Origin: Reclinomonas americana ATCC 50394
Lineage: Eukaryota
Length of the DNA stretch: 64,000 nucleotides
NCBI GenBank assembly: GCA_048213135.1
Contig: PS015249.1
Location: 26,747 to 90,746, forward strand
Direction: 5' to 3'
The notes below the pieces were generated by a model. The model worked only from the letters and a program-made list of their open reading frames with translations, was not told the origin of the DNA and did no database searches. The position numbers and the translations under genes are program-made. Each line of letters starts with the position of its first letter. Position 1 is the first letter of the stretch. Shown here in pieces: positions 24,701 to 36,874 of this stretch.

Positions 24701-27700
24701 GAAGATGACTGGAAAGACGAGCTACGTGTGCGCACTTGGGGCAGAATGTGTGTGGAGATCTCCTTGCCGGTGACCGCGTCCAGCATCGTGGCTCTGCCTT
24801 GGGCGACGTCGGTGGACAGCACCCAAAAGGTGGTTGGGCTGATGCAGTTGAGATTGGAGGCTGACACGGTGGCCGACTGCGGGAGGGCAAACGGGGGTAC
24901 AGGGGGTAAAGGGGGAACGGGAAGGGGGACGCGGGAAGGAGAATGTGAGAAGGGAAAAGAAGGGCGAAGGGGGAAGGGCAAACGGGAAAGGGAAGGGGAG
25001 AAGGGCAAAGGGGGAAGGGCAAATGGGGAAGGGAGGGGAGAAGGGAAGGGGAGAAGGCAAGGGGAGAACGGCAAAGGGTGCAGGGGGAAGCGGAGAAGAG
25101 AATGTGAGAAGGGGAGGGGAAGGGCGATGGGAAAGGGGGGAGAAGGGAACAGAATGTGGGGAGTGGGAGGTGATGAGCAACGAGTAGGCAGGGAAAGCAG
25201 ACGTGAGGAGGGGCGCTTGAGACAGGATTCGAGCAATGTGAATGACAAACAAGCGAAGAGAGAACGAAGAGAGAGAGAGAGAGACGGACGTACAGTGAGA
25301 GAGGCAGAGATTAGAGATAGAAATCAGACAAAGAAAGCGATCGACAGCGACGGGCATCGCAGACAGTCGCCTTGCAATCTTCCAGTTTCTCCAGTCATTT
25401 GTTCTCCTTCTCCCTTTCGTAACACACACATCCTCTCTCTCTCTCTCTTTCCATCTCCTTACTTTTCCACTCCACTCTTACGATCACTGTCGCAGTCGCT
25501 TGCTGCGAGCCAGCGCAAGAGCGAGAGATAGGAAAGCACCCGTCGCATAATGCGCCCTCTGTGTTGACCAACCTCTCTCGTCTGCGACGCCCCCAGCAAG
25601 TGAATACCGAAGGCGTTCTTCGGCACGACACGACGCTCGTACGAGCGCTGCACGGCGCGGCCCTCCAGGACGGACTCGCCCGCAAATATTGCATCTGCGG
25701 AGGGTGAGTTAACACACATACTGCGTGCAGCGCAAGGCAACGTCCACCGAACCCGCAACCACCACATCGACAATCTGTTGATGAATGTACGACACTTCCT
25801 CCGGGGTCGCGGCCACCTTTTTCTTGCGAAAGTGCACACGATGGCGTTTCCAGTACCGATTCTGCAACAAAGTCGACGTGAGATTGTTTAGGAAGGAATA
25901 GGACACCTTCTCGTGTGTCACCTTGTTCAGATCCGACTGTGAGCCTGGCTGCGTCAAGTCGAGCTCGCCTGGACACTGGTCAGAAGAACAGGCAAGGTAA
26001 TCGTGCAGGAGGCATCAAGGGCAAACCGGTGGAGACAATGGACCGGCGCTGCTTGGGTGTGCCGATTTCTGACGAGCGAATGGACGGCGATCGATCGCGT
26101 GCCGTGTAACCCGAAGGCGACGTCATGGGCGATCCGGAGCTGGCGCCTGTCACTCACAGTTGAGAAACACATCGAACTCTGTGAGGATCAGCGTAGTCTC
26201 TCGACAAACCCTGTGTGAGCGGCGTGTTGGGGGCGGAGATGGGCCGCAGCATGTATTCGCCAGCGCCATCGGTCTGTGTTTGCGTGGAGGAGGACGACGA
26301 CAGCAACGAAGTCTTGACTGGTTTTGGAGGTGCTGCTGGCACGTCCTCGGCAGCTTCGTCGATGGTGACTGCGAGTTGCGGTGCGGGTCGTGACAACGGT
26401 GCCCGTTCCTGCGACACTGCATGAGGACGAAACCACTATACGAAGCGTGCTCGCAAAAAAGAGCAACAACGCACCGCCCACGCCGGTAATGGTGACGGGG
26501 GGACAGTAGTCGACAGAGCGAGAGGGCCAGACAATGGAGCCGTGAGCGATCGATTCAGTGCGCCGCCGAGAGGTGGTAACCGTCGAGGGGCGGGTGATTG
26601 TGCAGGCGACTGATCGGGTGCTGCAAAAAGAGAGCGATGAATCACACGGAAGCAGAAGAGAGCGAGCGGCGATGCTCGCGCAAGGACATGCTTACCAATA
26701 AAGTCATTGTCGCTGTAGCCGAGTGGTCTGCTCGGCGTGTCGGCGACTCTTAGTAAGCGAGGCGACGGTTGCGAGTCGGTCGCCGCAGTGGCCGATGCAG
26801 GGGGAGGCAGTGTCGCGCTGTCTGCTACAGAGAAGGAAAGACAGTGAGACGACCAAAAAAGGCAAGACAAGCAACTGCGTGTTGTCGCACCGCGTGTCTC
26901 CACCGCAGCTGATGGCGGCTTTTGTAATGCCGACTCGTGTATCTCTGGCGGTGGTGCGATTGGCCTCAGCAGGGGCGGCTCGGTCGGCGCCCTCGGCGAC
27001 AAAACAGGCGTGGTTGACTCGGAGAAACTCTCCGCGGGCGGCTCAAGCTGACCCTCCTGCACCCTGGCGTCGTCATCGCCGTCACCGTCACCCACGGCAC
27101 TCTCGTCGAGCACCGTGTTGGTCGGCAGCTCGTGGGAGGAGCCGCCGGGGGTCTCCACCACGAGTGTGGAGGTGGATTCAAAATTGGATAGACTGCGATC
27201 CAGCGTGAGGTGCGCCGACCTGTCGGCACGGTGCAATTGAGGGGTGGAGGCGACGGCCTGCAGTGCCGTTGGTCGGCTGTGGACCATGTCTGCTTGGCGA
27301 CGGTCGGTAGAGCGTCGTGGGCTGATGCGGCCGACGGATTGTGTCTGGGGAACGGGAAGTCAGGTTCACCTCTCACCTCCCACCAGCACTCCCTCATCAC
27401 GCACCTCAATGTCAGGCGAGTTGAGTCGAGCGGCAGCCACCTGCTGCGCACGCGCTCCCAGCATTCCCAGCAGCAGGTCGCGTCGAGAGCGGTGAGAGGC
27501 CAGGCGAGGAGACTGTGGGCAGGGAGGCGTAGGATGAGCGAAAGGGCCGTGAGAGAGAGAGAGAGAGTCTGCAAATGCGGCGCAAACCATCGTGGACGGC
27601 GGGCTGCCACTGTGACCGGCGCTCACTCCTGAGCCGGTTGAATCCGGACCGGAGAGGCCCTACGGACGGGAAAGAGCAGAGAGTGAGAGAGATTCAGAGG

Positions 27701-30700
27701 CGGAGAGAGAAAAAGAGACAAGAAGGAAAGAAAGAAAGAAAGAAAGAATAGAGGGGAGAGAGACAGAGAAGAGAGAGAGACAGATAGAGACAGACACTTA
27801 GACACATCCAAAGAGAGCGAGAGAGACTCAAAGGCGGAGAGAGAGAGAGAGAGAGAGAGCCCACCCTGCACGCAACTCGACTCGATGCAGGCGGACTGGC
27901 GAGATAATTCCCTCGTGGTCTTGCAGCCGCAGATGCACCACCGTGCGCTAGATTATCACGCTGTACACGAACACACACAGCGCGTCACCACCAATCACTG
28001 ATTGAGAACAATTGCTTTAACCCACACCCACCGTGGACTGCAACGGTGCCGAGGCCGAGCCAGCGGCCATTGGCGACGACGGGACAGTGGCGGAGCGACG
28101 TGGACTGCTGCCACTGCGACCGCTGGTCGGTGAGCGGTGTGTTACGGACTCCAAGGTGTCGACGTCGAGAGTGAGGCTATCGGGTTCGCGCGGAGGCGAC
28201 TGTGCGTGCGGAATGCGGAGGTGAGGAGAGGAACATGGACAGTCGGCGAGGTAGGTAGGTGTTACACAACTCGTCCACTGCGAAGAGAAGGCGATGTACC
28301 GCGTGGGGGCGAGTTGGAGGACTTGTCGCGCAGTGGCGTAACGAGCGGTATCTGCGATGTGCCAGGCAAAGAGTGAGGGGGTCACTCAACCGGTGCACTT
28401 GTTCGCTAGCACACACCGCCGGCTCTGTAGTGTCGGCCGAGTCGGCGATGGGTGGTGGTGGTGCCGCCGGCGCACTCATGCCTCGCTCTACTCGCATCTG
28501 GTGAACTTGCTTACGAGCTGCAGCGGTAGCGAGGCAACGGCACACAGAGAGAGACGGTGAGAATGAGAGACGCTTTGTTGCGCAGATTAACACCAAACGA
28601 CGTGCCTCGATGTCCACGCCACATGCGCTGCGCAGTGGAAGACGACATGAGCGGCAGGGAAAGCACGTAATGGACGCCGAGTGGGAAAGAATCACCTGGA
28701 TCAATGAAACCGACTCCTCGCGCTCCAGTTCTGCGCGGATATTGGCGTGAGTGGCAAGCAAAGGGATCAAAAGTGTGCAAGACACAGGGAGGTGACCTTT
28801 GCGAATCTCGACGACAATCGGATCCTCGGCGACGTCGGTGGAAAAGAGGGCGTTCATGAGCTCCTCCGGAATGTGTCCCTTGACGCCGACAAAGGCTGGG
28901 AAAGAGAGAATGAGAGATGAAGGGTTGACTAAGGGAACATGAGTGAGCGCATGAACCAGGCGAAGCATCTTCCGTACGCGACCGGAAGCTGCTGTTTGTG
29001 GATCGAAACGACAGGTTGGATTGGATCATGGCGCCGAGTGTGCTGCTGGATATCGGTGCACTCTTCTTGAACCATCTGCAGAGGACAGTCAGCCAAAGCA
29101 ATCGCCACTGTGCTGTCGTGCGCGAGTGGAGACCTTGATCGGCCACCACTCTTTGGTATGGCTGGCGACGCCGACGGATCGCGCACGATTAACCGAGGTG
29201 ACTGTACAGGTGTGCGGAGAACATCTCTGGCGATGCCGTGCTTCTCGGCAAACTGCGAACACGCGTATGTCAGGCAGGGTGCAGAATGGAGGCAGGCAGG
29301 GCGGGATGGAGAGGTGGTGCTACCTGGGCGAGGGCCTCGCCAAACATGTTGTCGTCGAAGGAGTCGAGTGACATTTCGTCGCCGTCGCTGAACTGTGGGG
29401 GGTGGAGAGAGAGGGAGCAGGGTGAGGATGAGGAAGGCAAGACGGAGACGGCGAGTGAGGAGCGTTAGAGAGAGAGAGATGGAGATTGAAGGCGACTCAT
29501 ACGTTTAACACAAAACGTGCAGTCCACATCTGTGCCGCGACTCGCCAGTCATCTTCACGTGCCTGTGTCAATCACGATGCACTCACGCATGGATGACTGC
29601 CTGCCATGCTCTTGGCGTGCATCTGTCTGCGTACTTGCTCTGTGTGTGTTTCGGCTATCACATTCTTGCTCGTTGTCTGCCCGTCAGTTTAGCACGGCTG
29701 CCTCCTACATCCTCTCTCCGTTTCCCACAGTCTGTGATCTTGGCCTGCATGCATGTCTGCCAACCCGTTTGTTCTGTCCTCCGTCTGCGTTGCTCTCATC
29801 CTTGCTCGCTGTATGTCCCTCATCAGCATGGGCTACCTCTGCATCCTCATGGTGTCTCTCTTATACTTTCCGCATGGCCTGTGCATCCGTGTGTTCTGCT
29901 CGTTGCTTGTTCTCTCCATCTCCACACCTGTACTTCTCTCAATCTATACCACATCTTGCTTGCCATCTTCTCGTCCCTCACTGTGCCTCACTCTCTCTTT
30001 AGTCTTATACATGCAGTCCTTCTGACTGTCAGTTATGCTCTTGTCTGCGTGCACGCTTGTATATATGTCCTGTCTCTCTCGCTGTCAGCCCAGCAGTCAG
30101 CATGGCCCGCAACCTCACGATGCCTCTTTCTTTCTTTCTTTCTCCCTGCATGGCCTGTGCATCCGTGTATTCTGCTCGTTGCTTGTGTTCCCTCCATCTC
30201 CACTCCATCTTGCTCGCTGGCTCCTCGACCCTCACTGTGCCTCACTCTTTCTTTTGTCTCATACATGCTGTCTTTCTTGTCTATCATTCTCTTGGAGTAC
30301 ATGCCCGACTGTGTATCTGTCCCTGTGCCCTCCTCTCCGATCATTTTACACGGCTGCCTCGTGCTACCTCTCTGCCTCTCTCTTTCTTTCCTCATCCTTT
30401 GTGCAGTCCGTGGCCGACTATCTGTCCGTCTGTAACGCTCTTGGCCTGCACCAATGCCTGTGTCTCTCAATGGCTCTCCCCCTCTGCACATAACTGTCTC
30501 CTGTTCCTCTCTCCCTCTCCCCTCTCCTTCCTCACCACATCATCAATCAACGCATCCAGCTCCGTATCCGACATGTCGTCGCTGCCGGCGCGCGACGAAG
30601 CCGCATCGTCGACTCGCAATCGTCGACTGTTGGCGCGTTGCAGTGGGCGATGTCGGTGATGGGAGGGGTGATGTCGAGGTGAGATGCTGTTAGGCGGGAG

Positions 30701-31118
30701 AAGCTGCGAGGAGGCGGCGTGGCGGAGGCGCGCGGAGCCGGGGACACTGGAGGTGCCTGTGAGAGAGAGGAGGTGAGAGAGAGAAGTAATTCGAGATGAA
30801 CTGCAGTGACAGATATGATCCGCGTGCAAGACAGAGAGAAAAGAGAGAAGAGAGAGAGAGAGAGCCGAGAGAAGAGAACCACGAGAAGAGAGAGGAGAAA
30901 CTGATTTGAAGACCTGCAGTGACAGATATGATCTGTGTGTAAGAGAAGAAAGAGCAGAGAGGAGAGAGAGGGAGAACAGAGAAGAGAGAAGAGAGCGAGA
31001 GAGCTGAGAGAAGAGAACAGAGAAGAGAGAGAAGAGAAAGAAGAGAAACTGATTTGAGATGGCACGTGAGAGACAGACGATCTCTCTCTCTCTCTCTGTG
31101 AGTGGAAATGTGTGTGTG

Positions 31119-31205
<87 letters not shown>

Positions 31206-32061
31206 GTAGGTAGGTAGGTAGGTACGTACGTACGTACGTACGACGTAGTAGGTAGGTGGTTGGTGGTTGGTTGGTTGGTTGGTGGTAGGTAGGTAAGGNN
31301 NNNNNNNNNNNNNNNNNNNNNNNNNNNNNNNNNNNNNNNNNNNNNNNNNNNNNNNNNNNNNNNNNNNNNNNNNNNNNNNNNNNNNNNNNNNNNNNNNNNN
31401 NNNNNNNNNNNNNNNNNNNNNNNNNNNNNNNNNNNNNNNNNNNNNNNNNNNNNNNNNNNNNNNNNNNNNNNNNNNNNNNNNNNNNNNNNNNNNNNNNNNN
31501 NNNNNNNNNNNNNNNNNNNNNNNNNNNNNNNNNNNNNNNNNNNNNNNNNNNNNNNNNNNNNNNNNNNNNNNNNNNNNNNNNNNNNNNNNNNNNNNNNNNN
31601 NNNNNNNNNNNNNNNNNNNNNNNNNNNNNNNNNNNNNNNNNNNNNNNNNNNNNNNNNNNNNNNNNNNNNNNNNNNNNNNNNNNNNNNNNNNNNNNNNNNN
31701 NNNNNNNNNNNNNNNNNNNNNNNNNNNNNNNNNNNNNNNNNNNNNNNNNNNNNNNNNNNNNNNNNNNNNNNNNNNNNNNNNNNNNNNNNNNNNNNNNNNN
31801 NNNNNNNNNNNNNNNNNNNNNNNNNNNNNNNNNNNNNNNNNNNNNNNNNNNNNNNNNNNNNNNNNNNNNNNNNNNNNNNNNNNNNNNNNNNNNNNNNNNN
31901 NNNNNNNNNNNNNNNNNNNNNNNNNNNNNNNNNNNNNNNNNNNNNNNNNNNNNNNNNNNNNNNNNNNNNNNNNNNNNNNNNNNNNNNNNNNNNNNNNNNN
32001 NNNNNNNNNNNNNNNNNNNNNNNNNNNCGTAGTAGTACGTAGTAGTACGTACGTACGAGAC

Positions 32062-32095
<34 letters not shown>

Positions 32096-32109
32096 AGTAG
32101 AGTAGAGAG

Positions 32110-32168
<59 letters not shown>

Positions 32169-32215
32169 AGAGATGCGATGAGAGAGAGTGAGGTGATGGA
32201 TCGACTGCACAGTGA

Positions 32216-32248
<33 letters not shown>

Positions 32249-32435
32249 CGAGAACAGTGAACGACAGAGTGAGAGCAGCAGAGAAGAGAGAGTGAAAGAG
32301 TGATCATCGCTTTTTCTGTGAGTTGAGTTTCTGTCTTTTCTCTTTTGTCTTTGGTCTCTCTCTCTCTGTCTCGCGACCTGTGACATGTGGTGGGCCTTCA
32401 GTGAGTGGAGCTGTGGGTGGAGGTGGCGAGCTCAT
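12231..32435 (-). CDS. Very large multi-exon protein: IQ motif, Ser/Pro-rich linker, WD40/beta-propeller region and long helical (ARM/HEAT-like) C-terminal half
   Basis: Putative ATG at 32435 (MSSPPPPTAPLTEGPPHVT) joins in phase to the exon at 30737. IQ motif IQRMWRGHRARK at ~28700-28500. WD40 repeat GHGTPVVVCGELSAFQLVVTVSTDGCLRLWN at 23445-23288. Leu-rich helical exons lie at ~22600-12300, and the stop is at 12231-12233. Continuity across the gaps is assumed, so this could be two genes. Confidence 0.6.
14200..14560. repeat. Intronic minisatellite, ~60 bp x ~6 imperfect copies
   Basis: Recurring cattctcact...cccaccttc...cgattcataatca units. Confidence 0.85.
15510..16195. repeat. Intronic imperfect repeat, ~100 bp x 3, interspersed with (CT)n
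   Basis: cttcatcccac...ctcagtccct...tccactaccca...tctctcag recurs near 15520, 15910 and 16087. Confidence 0.75.
29590..30470. repeat. Degenerate intronic tandem duplications (~275 bp period)
   Basis: gcatggcctgtgcatccgtgt.ttctgctcgttgcttgt...ccctcactgtgcctcactct occurs near 29872 and again near 30148. Confidence 0.75.
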
Positions 32436-32851
32436 CTCTCTAGCCGTTGTTCGATAATTTTTGCTCGCCAAATGGCGCGAAAATATGTTTGGTGTTCGGG
32501 TTCTTATGGTGTGTGGCAAAGTGTCTGCGAGGCTGCTTGGTGGGAGGCGCGGGCGAGCGTAAGGCAGTGCTTGGTTCGGGAATACGAATTGCTGGTCACG
32601 CAGTATTTCGACTGCAAATTCGGCAGGTCGATTTTGCAGAGTGGAGCTTGTACATGTGTGCGTGCTGCAACGCCGGCGCAGAATCACAGAGCGCTGGCTA
32701 CTGCACATGCATCCCTGCCTGTCGAATTGCATGCTGCACGAAGCCGATTTATGCGGTGAAGGTCGCAGTTCTCGACTTGTTCGGAGCTCCGGATCCGATA
32801 GCAAACGCACACTTGAAACCTGCTGCTGCCTCAAGATTGGTGTTTGTGTTG

Positions 32852-33198
32852 ATGTTTTGGATACGGTTGGACTTGGTCATCAAGACAGCTGTTGCTTGTT
32901 TGTTGGTGAATGAATTTGNNNNNNNNNNNNNNNNNNNNNNNNNNNNNNNNNNNNNNNNNNNNNNNNNNNNNNNNNNNNNNNNNNNNNNNNNNNNNNNNNN
33001 NNNNNNNNNNNNNNNNNNNNNNNNNNNNNNNNNNNNNNNNNNNNNNNNNNNNNNNNNNNNNNNNNNNNNNNNNNNNNNNNNNNNNNNNNNNNNNNNNNNN
33101 NNNNNNNNNNNNNNNNNNNNNNNNNNNNNNNNNNNNNNNNNNNNNNNNNNNNNNNNNNNNNNNNNNNNNNNNNNNNNNNNNNNNNNNNNNNNNNNNNN

Positions 33199-33233
<35 letters not shown>

Positions 33234-33341
33234 CGTGTTCATGTGAAAGTGAGACGTTGTGTTGTGATCATGTGGTTGCCTATTTTGGAGTGCGTCATGA
33301 TGGTGTTTCACAGTGTTTTGCATGTGTGTCTATGTGGCGTT

Positions 33342-33373
<32 letters not shown>

Positions 33374-36300
33374 GAGACAGAGAGTGTGAGAGAGAGAAGC
33401 GCGCAGAGTGAGCAACAGGATGTCGAGCACATTCGCGCATGAACGGGGAGAGATTGAGAGGAAGCACCTCGCCACGTTCACAGGGAGAGAGAGAGAGAGA
33501 GAGAGCAAGAGAGACAGGAAGAATCACGCCCTTCCACTTCATCCCTCACCATTATCTCGTATTATCTCGTCTCCCTCACAGGCTCTGCCACCGTCTGCAC
33601 GATTGCCGGCAAGGGCGGAGTTGCGTCACCTCCTTCCGCGCACCTCCTGCATCCTCCCACTCACCTCTCTTCTCCGCAGCTCACCATTCCCGGCTCCTAC
33701 CCCGCCGCCATGCGCACTGACATTGGCACGCCCAGCGGAGTGGCCACCGATCCCACCGGCAACATTTATGTGGCTCTCCCGGTGCGCCTTTCTCCCTCCC
33801 CGCCCCTCTCCACCCACTCCTCCCTTCTCATTCTCTACACACACACAGTCCCTCAAGCGCATTCAGCGCATCTCCCCCGCCGGCTCGCTCGACAACCTGG
33901 CCACGTCGAGCGAGTTTGTCGCGCCGAGCGGCCTCTACTACCACTCGTCGTCGCTGGCCAGTGCCGGCGGCTTCCCCGTGCTCTTTGTCGCCGACCCCTC
34001 GGCGCGTCGCGTGTTCCGCCTCTCCGTCTCCTCCGCCACTGTCGCTCCCGTGGCCATTGACAATGGTACAGTGTGGAGCGGTGCCGGCAGCTCACCGTGC
34101 TCGCTGGTGGTGGTCAAGAGCGACCCGACTCGCGACATTCTGGTGGTGGCCGACCGCACTGGACACGCACTGTGGGGACTCGATGTGAGCGACGTGACGG
34201 CATCGGCAGCGGCGCCGACGGTATGGAGTGGTGTGATTGGTCAGTCCGGGTCCACTGATGCGCCCGTGGCGTTGTTCAACCAGGTACGTGGCAGTGATTC
34301 TAAAAGAATGTGTCCTCTTCCTCCTTCTATATGAGTTCTCCGTCTGCCGCCCACTGTGTAGTCACTCTCTCTTTCACGTTTTCAGTTCATCCCATTCATT
34401 CACTCGTCCCTTCTGTCTGATTCTTCTTTTCCCTCATTTCCTCCCCCCTTCCCCCTCATCCCCCTTTCCCTTAAATCCCTTCTCCCTCTCCTTGCAGCCC
34501 AGCAACCTCTCCTCCGACACCCTCACCTACGTGTACGTGGCGGACTCGGGCAACCGCGTCGTCCGCCGCATCAGCCTGCCCGACAAGACCGTGTCGGTGC
34601 TGGCCGGTCGCGTCGGCCAAACGGGCTACGTGGATGGCGTGCCGGCGACGACCGCCACCTTTGCCTCGCCCGACAGCGTGCTGCTCAGCACCGCCCTCTC
34701 CCAACTGTTTATCGGCGACTCGGGCAACAAGGTGCTGCGCGTGTTCACCTCCTCCTCCTCCCTCGTCAACACGCTGGCCTTCTCCTCCACTCGCGTCGAC
34801 GTCACCGAGGCCGACGGCGCGGCCACCACGGCCGTCATCGGTAACTCGCTGCCGGCCCTGGCCTTGCGCCTCTCCGACAACGCGGTGCTGGTCAGCGACC
34901 CACTGGCGCGCCACGTGCGTCTGGTCACCAACACCTTTGCCGTCACCTACATTACGCCGTCGACCATTATCTCCGCCGGCAACCCCATCACCATTTCGGT
35001 GTACGGCTGCAACTTGCCGACATCGACCCTCGGCACCATTGTGCTCACCTCGCGCGAAGACCAGTGCACGCCCACGTCGCCGACGCCCTTTGCCAACACC
35101 AACGTGTCGCGCACGGTGATCACCGCCAAGACCGTCTTCTCCGTCACCCTCCAGTTCACCACCTCAACGCGTCCGTCGGGCTCCACCTTTTTGTGCGGTC
35201 AGTGGACCTCTGGCGGCTCATACAGCAAGATCGGCTCGGTGTACTTTGCCGCCTCGAGCATTGCCGTGACGCCGGTGATGACGGTGACGGAGACGCGCAC
35301 CGACTCGATTGTGGTGCAGCTGACGCCGAATCCGGCCCGCAGCAGCACCAGCAGCGACGGCACGGCGCCGCAGTTTATTGTGGTCGACACAACGCGCACA
35401 CCCACCTTTACCTACACGCTGTCTCCATCGCCGTGCCGCTGGGTCACCGCGTCACCGGTCCTCTGCACAGTGGTCAACCTCACGCCCGACACCGCCGTGA
35501 GTGTGTCGGCGCGCATGGTGTCGGATCAGGATTTGGGCGGACCGCTGATTTCGGGACCGCTGTCGGCGGCCATTTCGAGTTGCGTGGGCCGGGGGGGGGG
35601 GGGGGGGATGTGGGAGGAGAGGAGAGAGAGAGGAGGAGAGAGAGAGAGAAAGACAGCAGGGCGTTGTGTTCCATATGTTCTCTTATACCACACACTCTCT
35701 GAGAGGGAGATTTGCGTCTTGGTATGTGGTCAACAGCAAGCACTTGTCTTCTCTGCCTGTCACGCATATGAGTGTTAGGAACAAAGAACGATATGGCCTG
35801 ATGTGCCTGTGAAAACCGCGAACAAAGGAGAATAAGAGAGAAAAAGATCGGAAAGCTACGAGAAAAGGCACAGCTGGAGACACATTAGAGACAGTCGGGG
35901 GCCACGCAGAATACAAAATCAGTCTCATTTCTCACTCTCCTCTCGTGACTGCATGATTGTTTCTTTCTTCATCAATGTCTGCTTCTTTGTGTGATCTCTC
36001 TCTCTCTCTCTCTCGTCTTTTTTTCTGTGCAAGCGGAAAGTCATCCCCAGTACTTTTTTGTATTCTCTCCTTGCTTTCCCTCTCTCTTCTCCCTATTCCC
36101 TTTCCCCTTGTCTCAACATTCCCTCTCCGCACAGCCCGCACGCTGGCCACCTTCTCGGTCACCGCCTCGGTGGTGTCGGTGCGCGCCCGCGACTGCACCC
36201 TGCTGGTGACCACGAGCAGCGCGACCGCCGGCGGCACGTTGGAAGCCGTCTTCTCTGGCAGTGGCTCGGCGACCACCACGCTGCTCGACGCCTCCACTGG

Positions 36301-36839
36301 CCTGGCGTGTGCGTGGAGCACCGCCGGCACCAACTGCACGTTGTCCAACTTGCAACCGCGCACAACAGTGTCGTTCCAACTGCGCGCTCGCAACGGCGAC
36401 AGTGTGAGTGCGCTGACGTCGCTCGTCACCATCACCACCCCCATGGACGTTCTCAACGTGACGGTGGCGGCTCCGGTGCTCACGAGTGTTGGTGTCACTT
36501 CGGCGTCGTTGACTCTGTCAGCGTCGCGAGGCAGCACCACGGCCGAGCTGCCGCTGCCGCAGTATGTGGTGGTGGCCGACGTCGCCCCCTCGACACCGCT
36601 GTCGCTCGACCCGTCCCCGTGCCTGTGGTCGTCCATCGTGGAACCTCGCTCGTGCACGGTGACGGGTCTGTCGGCCGATACGAGTTACTCGCTGCGTGCG
36701 CTGGTGGCCAACGACGGCAACCTGACCGTGGCAAGCAGCGCCAGTCCGCTCTCGTCGGCTCTGGCTGGTACGTGTGAACATATCCAGCTTCTCTTCTTGT
36801 TTGTCAAGTCGGGCTGTGTTTCTGCTTCAATACTTTCTT

Positions 36840-36874
<35 letters not shown>

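Noticed and set aside
31200-32110. (TACG)n/(TAG)n/(GGTT)n tracts next to gaps (also near 10760-10883, 15700-15800 and 36900-36989) that look like telomere or satellite repeats
   Set aside because: They always lie beside a long (GA/CT)n run and at a gap edge, and are composed in T-A-C-G order. This is typical of degraded pyrosequencing read ends, so they are treated as artefacts.
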